Below, one piece after another: positions 50,501 through 60,693 of a stretch of DNA of 64,000 nt; the stretch's first letter is position 1, and each line of letters opens with the position of its first letter. Source of the DNA: an uncultured Chloroflexia bacterium (GTDB lineage: Bacteria > Chloroflexota > Limnocylindria > Limnocylindrales > CSP1-4); NCBI GenBank assembly GCA_963741445.1, contig CAVUIE010000008.1, forward strand, positions 6,857 through 70,856, read 5' to 3'. Made by a program: the position numbers and the translations under genes. The notes below the pieces were generated by a model that made no database searches, had not been told where the DNA came from, and saw nothing but the letters and a program-made list of their open reading frames with translations.

Positions 50501-53500
50501 TCGCCGGCAGCACGGCCGGCGGCACCCTGGTCGGCACGGTCAGCGGCGCCGGCACGACCTACAACGTGGCGGTCACCGGGATGACCAGCGCTGGCACGGT
50601 CGTCGCTTCGATCGGCGCCGGCGTGGCGGCCGATACGGCCGGCAACGCCAGCCTCGCCTCCACGTCGACCGACAACACCGTCACCTGGGACAACGTCGCG
50701 CCGACGGTGACGATCAACCAGGCGGCCGCCCAGGCCGACCCGACGAGGACCAGCCCGATCAACTTCACGGTGGTGTTCAGCGAGCCGGTCACCGGGTTCG
50801 CCACTGGCGACGTCACCGTCGGCGGCACGTCGGGCGGGACCAAGACCGGGACCGTCACGGGCTCGGGCACGACCTACAACGTCGCCGTGACCGGGATGAC
50901 CACCTCGGGCACGGTCATCGCGACGATCGCCGCGAATCGCGCGATCGACCTGGCCGGCAACAACAACCTGGTCTCCACCTCCACCGACAACACGGTCACG
51001 TGGGACGTGACCGCGCCCGACCGTGACGATCAACCAGGCGGCGGGACAGGCGGACCCGACCAACGGCGCGACCGATCAACTTCACGGTCGTCTTCAGCGA
51101 AGCGGTCACCGGGTTCGCCACGGGCGACGTGACGATCGCCGGCACGTCGGGCGGGACCAAGACCGGCACGGTCACGGGCTCGGGCACGACCTACAACGTC
51201 GCGGTGACCGGCATGACCTCGTCGGGCACGGTCATCGCCACGATCGTCGCCGGCGTGGCCACCGACGTCGCCGGCAACAACAACACGGCCTCGACCTCGA
51301 CCGACAACACCGTGACCTGGGACAACGTCGCGCCGACGGTCACGATCAACCAGGCGGCCGGCGCAGGCCGACCCGACCAACGGCGCGACGATCAACTTCA
51401 CGGTCGTGTTCAGCGAGGCGGTCACCGGGTTCGCCACCGGCGACGTGACGTTCGGCGGGACCGCCGGCGGGGCACGCTCGTCGGCACCGTGACCGGCGGT
51501 CCGACCACGTACAACGTGGCGGTCACGGGCATGACCAGCGCCGGCACGGTCATCGCGACGCTCGGCGCCGGCGTCGCGACCGATCTCGGCCGGCAACGCC
51601 AACGCGGCCTCGACCTCGACCGACAACACCGTGACCTGGGACAACGTCGCCCCGACGGCCGTCATCGACCTCCGGGCGGCGTCGGACAGCGGCGTCTCGA
51701 ACTCGGACGACATCACCAACGCCGCGAGCCTGGTCTTCGACGTGACCTTCAGCGAGACCGTCACCGGGCTTGCCGCGAACGACTTCTCGAACGTCGGGAC
51801 GGCGACCGGTTGCGTGCCGGGGCACCGGCCGGCAGTGGCGCGGCCTATTCGGTGACGCTCACCCTCTGCTCGCAGGGTACGGTCATCCTTCAGCTGCGGG
51901 CGGCTGCGGTGACCGACACGGCGACCAATGCCAATGCTGTCACCAACGGTCCGACCGTCACCGTCGACCGGACCGGCCCGACCGTCACGATCAACCAGGC
52001 CGCGGCGCAAGCCGATCCGACCGGCGTCGAGCCGATCAACTTCACGGTCGTGTTCAACGAATCGGTGCTCGACTTCGCCACGGGCGACGTCACGCTCAGC
52101 GGACACGGCCGGCGCCACGACCGCGACCGTCACCGGCAGCGGCACCACCTACAACGTGGCGGTCAGCGGGATGACCAACAGTCGGCACGGTGATCGCGAC
52201 CATCGCGGCCGGGGTCGCGACCGACATCGCCGGCAACACCAACGCGGCAGTCGACAGTCACCGACAACACCGTGACCTGCGACAATCGTTCGGCCCGACC
52301 GTCACGATCAACCAGGCGGCCGCGCAGGCCGATCCGACCAACGCGCGCCGATCAACTTCACGGTGGTCTTCAGCGAGACCGGTGATCGGCTTCGCCACGG
52401 GCGACGTGACGCTCAGCGGCACGGCCGGCGGGACGCTCACGGCGATCGTCAGCGGCAGCGGCACCACCTACAACGTGGCGGTCAGCGGCATGACCGCAGC
52501 GGCACGGTGATCGCCAACGCGTCGGCGCCGGGGTCGCGACCGACCTCGCTGGCAACCCCAATGCGGCAGCGACCCGACGGACAACACGGTGACCTTTGAC
52601 AACGTCGCGCCGACGGTCACGATCAACCAGGCCGCCGCGCAGGCCGATCCGACCGACTCTCGCCCGATCAACTTCACGGTCGTGTTCAGCGAGCCGGTGA
52701 CCGGCTTCGCCACCGGCGACGTGACGCTCAGCGGCACCGCCGGCGGCGCTACGACGGCGACCGTCAGCGGGCAGCGGCACGACCTACAACGTCGCGGTCA
52801 GCGGCATGACACGTCAGCGGCACGGTCGATCGCCGCAATCGCGTCGGCCAGTGGCCGTCGACCTCGCCGGCAACGCCAATGTCGGCCTCGACCAGACCGA
52901 CAACACAGTGACCTTCGACAACGTCGCTCCGACGGTCACGATCAACCAGGCCGCCGCGCAGGCCGATCCGACCACGCGACTCGCCGATCAACTTCACGGT
53001 CGTGTTCAGCGAGCCGGTGATCGGCTTCGCCACAGGCGACGTGACGCTCGGCGGGACACGGCCGGCGCCACGACGGCGATCGTCAGCGGCAGCGGCGACG
53101 ACCTACAACGTGGCGGTCAGCGGGATGACCACCTCGGGCACCGTCGTGGCCACGATCGCCGCGAGTCGCGCGACCGACCTCGCCGGCAACAACAACGCCG
53201 CCTCCACCTCGACCGACAACACGGTGACCTGGGATCGGGCGACCCATCTGGCCTTCCAGCAGGAGCCGACCGACACCGTCCACGGGAACCTGATCAGCCC
53301 GACCGTGACGGTCGCGATCCTCGATGACAACGGCCTGGTCGTCACCGAGCGCGCCGGGTCCATCACCTTGACCCCGTCGGCGCCGGGCGCGTTGCAGGTC
53401 TCGCCTGTGACCGTCGCTGTGGTCAACGGCGTGGCGACGTTCACCGGGTTGACCGCCGATCAGGTCGGCACGTACACCCTGGACGCGACGAGCGCCGGTC

Positions 53501-56500
53501 TCGTCGGGGCCACGAGCGCGTCGTTCGACGTCACCGCGGCCGGCCTGCTGATCACGGCGACCAATCGGTTCAAGGTCTACGGCCAGACGGTCGTGTTCGC
53601 CGGGACCGAGTTCACCACGAGCGGCCTGCTCGGGACCGACACGGTCGACAGCGTGACCCTGACGAGCGCGGGTGCCGCTCCGACGGCGACCGTGGCCGGC
53701 CCGTACCTCATCATCCCGTCGGCTGCCGTCGGCAGCGGGCTTGGCAACTACGCCATCACGTATGTCGACGGCGCCCTGACCGTGACCCCCGCCCCGCTGA
53801 CCGTGACCGCCGACGACCGGACCAAGACGTACGGCCAGACGGTCGTGTTCGCCGGGTCCGAGTTCTCGACGACGGGCCTGCTCAACGCCGATAGCGTGAC
53901 GAGCGTCACGCTGGCCAGTCCGGGTGCCGCACCGACAGCGACCGTGGGCGGCAGCCCGTACGCCATCACCCCGTCGAACGCGACCGGCACAGGGGTATCG
54001 AACTACACGATCGCGTACGTCGACGGCGAACTGACGGTCGATCCCGCCCCGCTCGCGATCACGGCTGACGACCGCTCGAAGGTGTACGGCCAGACGGTCG
54101 TCTTCGCGGGCACGGAGTTCAGCACGGCCGGCCTGCTCAACGCCGACACGATCGACAGCGTGACCTTGACCAGCCCCGGCGCCCTCGCCGACCGCGACGG
54201 TCGCCGGCAGCCCGTACGCCATCACCCCGTCGGCCGCGGTCGGCACGGGCCTCGGCAACTACACGATCACCTATGTCGACGGCGAGCTGACGGTCGATCC
54301 CGCCCCGCTCGCGATCACGGCTGACGACCGCTCGAAGGTGTACGGCCAGACGGTCGTGTTCGCGGGCACCGAGTTCTCGACGACGGGCCTGCTCAACGCC
54401 GATAGCGTGACGAGCGTCACGCTGGCCAGCCCCGGCTCCCCGGCGACGGCGACCGTGGCCGGCAGCCCCTACGCCATCACCCCGTCGGCCGCGGTCGGCA
54501 CCGGCCTCGTCGAACTACGCGATCACCTACGTCGACGGCGAGCTGACCGTGACGCCCGCCCTGCTGACCGTGACCGCCGACGACCGCTCGAAGGTGTACG
54601 GCCAGACGGTCGTCTTCGCGGGCACGGAGTTCACGACTTCAGGTCTCCTCAACAGCGACGACGTGACCAGCGTGACCCTCGCGAGCCCGGGCGCCCCCGC
54701 GACCGCGACCGTCGCCGGCAGCCCGTACGCCATCACCCCGAGCGCGGCGGTCGGCACCGGCCTCGGCAACTACACGATCACCTACGTCGACGGCGATCTG
54801 ACCGTCACCGCGGCCCCGCTGACCGTGACCGCCGATACTACGCGATCACCTACCTCGACGGCGAGCTGACGGTGGACCCGGCCGGCCTCACGATGACCGC
54901 CGACGACGTGACCAAGACCTACGGAGACGTGTCGTCTTCGCCGGCACCGAGTTCTCGACCACCGGCCTGCTCAACGCCGACACGGTCGACAGCGTGACGC
55001 TGACCAGCCCGGGCGCCCTCGCCACGGCCACGGTCGCGGGCAGCCCGTACGCCATCACCCCGCAGCGCCGCCGTCGGCACGGGCCTCGGCAACTACACGA
55101 TCACCTACGTCGACGGCGAGCTGACGGTGACCCAGGCCACGGCGGTCATCGCCGTGACCGGCTACTCGGTCGTCTACGACGCGCTCCCCCATACCGCCAC
55201 GGGCACGGCCACGGGCGTCCTCGGCGAGGACCTCTCGGCCGGGCTCGACCTGACGGCCACGACGCACACCGCGGTCGGCGCCTCGACCGACCCGTGGACC
55301 TTCAGCGACCCGGCCGGCAACTACGCGCCGGCGTCCGGCACGGTCGACACCGAGATCACCCCCGCCCCGCTGACGGTCACCGCCGACGACCGCTCGCAAG
55401 GTGTACGGCCAGACGGTCGTCTTCGCGGGCACCGAGTTCAGCGACGAGCGGCCTGCTCGGGACCGACGACGTCGACCAGCGTGACCCTCACGAGCCCGGG
55501 GCGGCGCCGACCGCGACGGTCGCCGGCAGCCCGTACGCCATCACCCCGAGCGCCGCGGTCGGCACCGGCCTCGGCAACTACGCGATCACCTACGTCGACG
55601 GCGAGCTGACGGTCGATCCCTCGGCGCTGACGATCACCGCCGACGACCGGACCAAGACCTACGGCCAGACGGTCGTGTTCGCCGGGACCGAGTTCACGCT
55701 ACGGCGGCCTGCTCAACAGCGACACGGTCGACAGCGTGACCCTGACCAGCCCGGGTGCACCGCGCCGACCGCCACGGTCGCGGGCAGCCCGTACGCCATC
55801 ACCCCGAGCGCCGCGGTCGGCACGGGCCTCGGCAACTACACGATCACCTATGTCGACGGCGAGCTGACGGTCGATCCCGCCACCGCTCACGATCACCGCC
55901 GACGACCGCTCGAAGATGTACGGCCAGACGGTCGTGTTCGCGGGCACCGAGTTCATCGCGACCGGCCTGCTCAACGCCGACAGCGTCACGAGCGTCACGC
56001 TGACCAGCCCCGGCGCCGCGGCGACGGCGACCGTGGCCGGCAGCCCGTACGCCATCACCCCGACCGCCGCGGTCGGGACCGGGCTCGGCAACTACGCCAT
56101 CACCTACGTCGACGGCGAGCTGACCGTCGACGCCAGCCGCCCTGCTCGATCGTGACCGCCGACGACCGCTCGAAGGTGTACGGCCAGACGGTCGTCTTCG
56201 CGGGCACGGAGTTCACGACTCAGCGTCCTGCTCAACAGCGACGACCGTGACCAGCGTGACCCTCGCGAGCCCGGGCGCGCCTCGCGACCGCGACCGTCGC
56301 CGGCAGCCCGTACGCCATCACCCCGAGCGCCGCGGTCGGCACCGGCCTCGGCAACTACGCGATCACCTACGTCGACGGCGAGCTGACCGTCACCCGGCCG
56401 ACCCTGACGGTGACCGCCGATGACCGCGTCCAAGACGTACGGCGATCGTCGTCGACCTTCGCGGGCACCGAGTTCACGACCACCGGCCTGCTCAACGCCG

Positions 56501-58068
56501 ACAGCGTGACGAGCGTCACGCTCACCAGCCCGGGCGCCCTCGCCACGGCCACGGTCGCGGGCAGCCCGTACGCCATCACCCCGTCAGCGCCGCCGTCGGC
56601 ACGGGCCTCGGCAACTACACGATCACCTACGTCGACGGCGAGCTGACCGTGACCCAGGCCACGGCGGTCATCGCCGTGACCGGCTACTCGGTCGTCTACG
56701 ACGCGCTCCCGCACACCGCCACGGGCACGGCCACGGGCGTCCTCGGCGAGGACCTCTCGGCCGGCCTCGACCTGACGGCCACGACGCACACCGCGGTGGG
56801 CGCCTCGACCGACCCGTGGACCTTCAGCGACCCGGCCGGCAACTACGCGCCCGCCAGCGGCACGGTCGACACCGAGATCACCCCCGCCCCGCTGACCATG
56901 ACGGCCGACGACCGCTCGAAGGTGTACGGCCAGACGGTCGTGTTCGCGGGCACCGAGTTCAGCACGAGCGGCCTGCTCGGGACCGACGACGTGACCAGCG
57001 TGACCCTCACGAGCCCGGGTGCGGCGCCGACCGCGACGGTGGCCGGCAGCCCGTACGCCATCACCCCGAGCGCGGCGGTCGGCACCGGCCTCGGCAACTA
57101 CGCGATCACCTACGTCGACGGTGAGCTGACGGTGGATCTCGCCTCCCTGACCATCACCGCGGACGACATCTCGAAGCTGCCGGGGCTCACCTACACATTC
57201 GCCGGCACCGAGTTCTCGACCGTGGGACTCCAGAATGCCGACACCGTCAATTCGGCAACCCTCGTGAGCGCGGGAGCGCCGGCATTGGCACCACCCGGCA
57301 CCTACCCGATCTTCATCTCCACCGCCATCGGAACGGGCCTCGCGAACTACACCATCACGTACGTGCAGGGCACCTTCACCGTCGGGAACGTGACTCCGGA
57401 CGTCGGGGACGCGGCGATCACCACGACGGCGACGGCCGCGGTAGACGGCGCGGTCTCGATCGTCGATCCGGACCCCGGTCAGACCTTGACGCTGACGATC
57501 ACGGTCGCGCCGACCCACGGGACCGCGACGGTCGCCGCCGATGGGACGTTCACCTACACGCCGACCGGCATGTATACGGGCGACGACACCTTCACGATCC
57601 AGGGATGCGATGACTTCGCGCCGCCCGCCTGCGACACCGGCACGGTGACGATCTCGGTCTATCCGGTCGCCGTTCCCGACGCCGGGGTGACAAGCGAGGG
57701 CAAGACGGTGGAAGTCGATGTCGAGGCGAACGACATCGGGGACGCCGGGCTACCGCAGATCGTCAGTGGACCGGCCCATGGCACGGCGACGGTCGGCTCC
57801 ATCATCTACACGCCCGAATGCCGGCTTCAGCGGGACGGACCACGTCGTCTACCGGATCTGCAGCCCCAACGACCCGGCCCTGTGCGACGACGCGACCCTG
57901 ACGATCACGGTCGCCGAGGCCCCGCCCGCCACCGACGGCGACCCGTTCATCGCGTCGCCGCTCGTTCCGATCCGATCGACGACGATCTGGCTGGCGATCA
58001 CGTTCGGCCTGATCGCTGCCGGCGCCGGCGCCATCTTCGTCACCACCCGGCGGCGTCGGCGGGCCTGA
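47557..58068 (+). CDS. giant secreted/anchored subtilisin-like (S8) protease-repeat protein, about 3,500 aa (dozens of frame changes as assembled)
   Basis: Domain order:
- Signal-like N-terminus (MPPPEGTLTSRARPASHRFMVFCQVIAVISWLASPVAGLAA), with ATG 47614 as the alternative start.
- AEPT repeat linker.
- I9-like propeptide and S8 domain.
- 12 Ig-like 105-aa repeats.
- About 15 MBG-like 85-aa repeats.
- HGTATV...FTYTP cadherin/VCBS-like modules.
- C-terminal TM helix WLAITFGLIAAGAGAIFV plus RRRRRA, stop at 58066-58068. Confidence 0.8.
47728..47900 (+). repeat. 12-nt tandem repeat GCCGAGCCSACC (Ala-Glu-Pro-Thr linker), about 14 units including 11- and 13-nt units
   Basis: Direct reading gives gccgagccgacc / gccgagcccacc units repeated head to tail. 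Off-length units (gccgagcccac, gccgagcccacgc, gccgagccgacgc) and an in-frame TGA at 47755-47757 break the reading frame. Confidence 0.8.
47926..48990 (+). other. inhibitor-I9-like propeptide plus peptidase S8 (subtilase) catalytic domain of the giant protein
   Basis: DTFIVTFAPGTS...RMHVVEV is the propeptide. The catalytic Asp is in AVLDTGVDGGHPDL, the His in DPNGHGTAMAGIIAA and the Ser in SVTGTSASSAAVAAAAALL. These are read across several frames between 48.0 and 48.9 kb. Confidence 0.8.
49431..53235 (+). repeat. tandem coding repeats of about 315 bp (105 aa, Ig-like), arranged B-A6-B-A4
   Basis: A-type units start with GTSACGATCAACCAGGC at 49756, 50071, 50388, 50707, 51023, 51339, 51984, 52301, 52616 and 52935 (TVTINQAA.QADPTN..PINFTVVFSE.VTGFATGDVT..GT.GG...GTVTG...TYNVAVTGMT.SGTVIATI......D.AGNNN.AST.STDNTVTWD). 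B-type units are at 49431 and 51661 (IDLRAASD.G.SNSDD.TNAAS..FDVTFSETV.GLAA.DFSNVGTATGC). Confidence 0.85.
53560..57400 (+). repeat. tandem coding repeats of about 252-256 bp (84-85 aa, MBG-domain-like), about 15 units plus two copies of a variant unit
   Basis: Unit text: TADDRSKVYGQTVVFAGTEF.T.GLLN.D.V.SVTL.SPGA...ATVAGSPYAITPSAAVGTGLGNY.ITYVDGELTV.PA.L. TACGGCCAGACGG recurs at 53578, 53830, 54085, 54341 and 54597, and so on. The variant unit QATAVIAVTGYSVVYDALPHTATGTATGVLGEDLSAGLDL starts at 55127 and again at 56649. Confidence 0.8.
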
Positions 58069-58136
58069 CATCGCGCCCGCGGGAGTGCCGCGAGCCTGCG
58101 CCTGAGCGGCATGCGGTATCATCGCCGCCGCTCCAC

Positions 58137-58211
58137 TGGCGAGTGGCCAAGCGGTAAGGCGCCTGACTCTGGATCAGGAGATCGAAGGTTCGAATCCTTC
58201 CTCGCCAGCCA
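58137..58211 (+). tRNA. tRNA-Gln (anticodon CUG), CCA encoded
   Basis: Cloverleaf read by hand. Acceptor stem UGGCGAG/CUCGCCA, D arm GCC-AAGCGGUAA-GGC, anticodon stem CCUGA/UCAGG with loop CUCUGGA, T arm GAAGG-UUCGAAU-CCUUC, discriminator G, then CCA. It closely resembles canonical bacterial tRNA-Gln. Confidence 0.95.
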
Positions 58212-58266
58212 ACCTACAACGACCGGTTTGTGCGCTTCGATTCGCGGGTCAGCGAGACCGGGGTGT

Positions 58267-59010
58267 CTACGCTGCTGACGCAACGGCCCTCGGGGTCGAC
58301 GTGCGTCCGGCAGGCTCGGGAGCGCTGGCAGATGGATCGAACCCCTTCGCGATCAGCCACACCGCCATGACCATCTCCTGCAGGGCGAGCGGCGCCATGA
58401 AGAAGCCCAGCGAGAGCTCGAACATGCTTCCAAGCGGCGCCACGATGTACAGCGTGGCCCCCGCGAGCCCCCAGATGGACAGCCACCGAGGCACCAGCCG
58501 CGACTGGAAGAGCACGACGTAGAACATCAGCGCGCCGAGGACGAACGGGATGGCGAGCAGCTGGTCCCAGATCACGGTCTCGGTCGTCCGCACGAAGCCG
58601 GCGAGCGGTCCCGCATCCGGCTCCTTGCTGAGTGCGATCAGCAGCAGCCACCCGAGCGCGATGACGACGTAGAAGATCGTCTCGATCGCTCCGCGGAAGA
58701 CGACGTAGCCCATGGCCAGCGTCTCGTCGTACCGCTTGCCGACCGGCCAGAACACGACCGGAACCATCGCGAGCGCGAGACCCGCCACCAGGAGGAGGAG
58801 GACGCCGACGGCCACCTGGTTCGACTGCGCCGCGACCTGGGCCAGGTACGCGGGACCTGACAGGATTTCGGCCGTGACGACGGCGCTGAGGACGATACCC
58901 ACCGTTCCGATGATGTACAGCACGCCGATCCAGACGGCGGCCTTCCGATCCGCGCTCATCCGCGGCTCCGCCGTCGCGACGGCGACGTCTCGATTCGTGT
59001 CCATCTCCAT
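58267..59010 (-). CDS. DUF4386-like polytopic membrane protein
   Basis: Intact 247-aa ORF with six hydrophobic helices (AAVWIGVLYIIGTVGIVLSAVV, VAVGVLLLLVAGLALAMVPVVFW, IFYVVIALGWLLLIAL, ...PRWLSIWGLAGATLYIV...), typical of that family. Confidence 0.75.
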   Translation of the reverse strand: MEMDTNRDVAVATAEPRMSADRKAAVWIGVLYIIGTVGIVLSAVVTAEILSGPAYLAQVAAQSNQVAVGVLLLLVAGLALAMVPVVFWPVGKRYDETLAMGYVVFRGAIETIFYVVIALGWLLLIALSKEPDAGPLAGFVRTTETVIWDQLLAIPFVLGALMFYVVLFQSRLVPRWLSIWGLAGATLYIVAPLGSMFELSLGFFMAPLALQEMVMAVWLIAKGFDPSASAPEPAGRTSTPRAVASAA

Positions 59011-59019
59011 TTCTCCCGA

Positions 59020-59492
59020 CTACTCGGGTCGGGGCGACAGGATCACGACCGCTGTCTCCCGCGAGCGACGCGCGACGTAGGCGTCGAGGTCCTTGTCGAA
59101 GCCGGCCCACCTGGCCCACAGGCGCGGTCGCTCGTCCTTGTCGGCCGCACGGCCGTGGACGGCGCGCGACCCGCCGGGCACGTCGACGGTGACGTCGGGG
59201 TGGGCCTGCAGGTTGAGCCACCACGCGGGCTCGGCATCGGCCCAGCCGTTCATGGCCAAGGTGACCAGGTCGGGGCCGTCCTCGAAGTAGGCCAGGATGG
59301 CCTTCCGCTCCTCCCGCTGCGACGCCCGATGGTCCGGAGTCGCAGCATGCCCTGGCGGTCGGCCCTCGCGGTCAAGAGGCCGAGCCGGCCGCCCGTGATC
59401 GAATAAACGGCACGCTGCATCACCCAGAACGAACGGATGAACCAGCGCGGCGGCAGATGCGCAGACTGCTCGTGCTGTCCGGTCACATGCAT
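59020..59492 (-). CDS. deazaflavin (F420H2)-dependent nitroreductase family (DDN-like) protein (one frameshift near 59310)
   Basis: Starts at ATG 59492 (MHVTGQHEQSAHLPPRWFIRSFWVMQRAVYSITGGRLG...LRLRTIGRRSG). It then continues in the next frame (RKAILAYFEDGPDLVTLAMNGWADAEPAWWLNLQAHPDVTVDV...RLWARW) to the stop at 59020. Confidence 0.75.
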
Positions 59493-59732
59493 CGCTCTTC
59501 CTCCGGTCCTTCGTCGGCAGACCCAGGCGTCGCACGAGCGACGGGTCTGCTCCCCTCCGCCCGTATCGTCGCCCGGCGTGCTCCGTCGAGGTAAGTGCTG
59601 GACGGCTTGATTGTCATCCCGATCCAGCGCGCGCCGATCGCGGCTCGGGCGGTCCACGAGGCGCTCGCGGACGGGCGAGTCGGCACTGTGATTCCCCGCC
59701 GCACCTGCCACGCTGCCGACGAGGAGGCTCCG

Positions 59733-60201
59733 ATGGGTTCTGCAACCGGATCGATCCACGCGTCGCCACCTGAGCTCATCCAGCTGCCCGCCCGCCCCGC
59801 CGCGGTCGTCCGTGTGGAGGGTCCCGTCGATCGACTGCCCAGCCTCCTCGGGGAGGCGTTCGCCCTGACGGCTGGAGCGATCACCGGCAGCGGCGCGGCG
59901 TTTGCCGGGCCACCGTTCGCCCGTTACCTCTCCTTCGGCGACGCCATCTCGGCGGAGGTCGGATTCCCGTACGCCGGCGAGCTCTTCGCCAGCGGGCGGG
60001 TCATCGAACCGAGCTCCCCGGCGGCCGGGCCGTCATGGCGACCCACGTGGGACCGTACGAGAAGCTCGCTGACACCTGGGCCGCGACCCGGGCGTGGCTC
60101 GATGCGCACGACCTCGTGCCATCGGGGCGCCGTGGGAGTCGTACCTGACCGAGCCGAACGCCATGCCGCCCGTGACGGAGGTCGTCTTTTCTGTCCTGTG
60201 A
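59733..60201 (+). CDS. GyrI-like small-molecule-binding domain protein (two -1 deletions as assembled)
   Basis: GAGGAGG lies 6 nt upstream of ATG 59733. The text PELIQLPARPAAVVRVEGPVDRLPSLLGEAFALTAGAI...FARYLSFGDAISAEVGFPY comes first, followed by TELPGGRAVMATHVGPYEKLADTWAATRAWLDAHDLVPSG and then APWESYLTEPNAMPPVTEVVFSVL, ending at TGA 60199-60201. Confidence 0.7.
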
Positions 60202-60243
60202 GGAGTGGCCGCACTAAAGGCCGGGGAGACGCCACCCATCGGA

Positions 60244-60369
60244 TCATGAGATCAACAGCTCGTCGAGGTTGACGAGCGCGAAGCCCGCGTCCCGGAGGCC
60301 GCTCACGATCCGCGGCAATGCCTCGTAGGTCTGGTAGCCACCGAGATGCATCAGAGACCGACCTCCAGG
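60244..60369 (-). pseudogene. 3'-terminal remnant of a polysaccharide deacetylase-like gene (about 40 codons)
   Basis: The minus strand reads PGGRSLMHLGGYQTYEALPRIVSGLRDAGFALVNLDELLIS, then a stop (60244-60246). There is no upstream catalytic domain; upstream DNA switches to a histidine-kinase fragment on the other strand. Confidence 0.5.
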
Positions 60370-60371
60370 CC

Positions 60372-60693
60372 GCGCGGCCGCTAGCCAGGCTCGAGGCCGC
60401 CGCCTCGTCCCTCGCGGCTGGTCGGCTCGACGAGCGCTCCGGGCTGGCCGACCGCACGGACGAGCTCGGCTCCCTCGGCAGGTCCTTCGACGCGATGGCC
60501 GGCAGGCTCCAGGCCGACGAGGCCGCGCGCCGGCGGTTCTTCCAGGACGCGGCGCACGAGCTCAAGACGCCCCTCTCGGTCATCGACGCGACGACGGCCG
60601 CCATCCTCGACGGGGTGTATCCGCACGACGCCAAGCACCTTGAGACGATCCGGGGCCAGAAGCGGCTCCTCACCCGGATCGTCGATGACCTGC
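60372..60693 (+). pseudogene. internal fragment of a sensor histidine kinase (end of HAMP plus HisKA H-box only)
   Basis: RPLARLEAAASSLAAGRLDERSGLADRTDELGSLGRSFDAMAGRLQADEAARRRFFQDAAHELKTPLSVIDATTAAILDGVYPHD...LLTRIVDDL. No TM/sensor part and no HATPase_c domain. The text degenerates right after 60693. Confidence 0.6.

Noticed and set aside
49431-57400. Regular repeats that could be mistaken for a CRISPR array or a satellite.
   Set aside because: The periods are 315 and about 255 bp. The units are contiguous with no unique spacers, they translate into Ig-like and MBG-like protein modules, and there are no cas genes.
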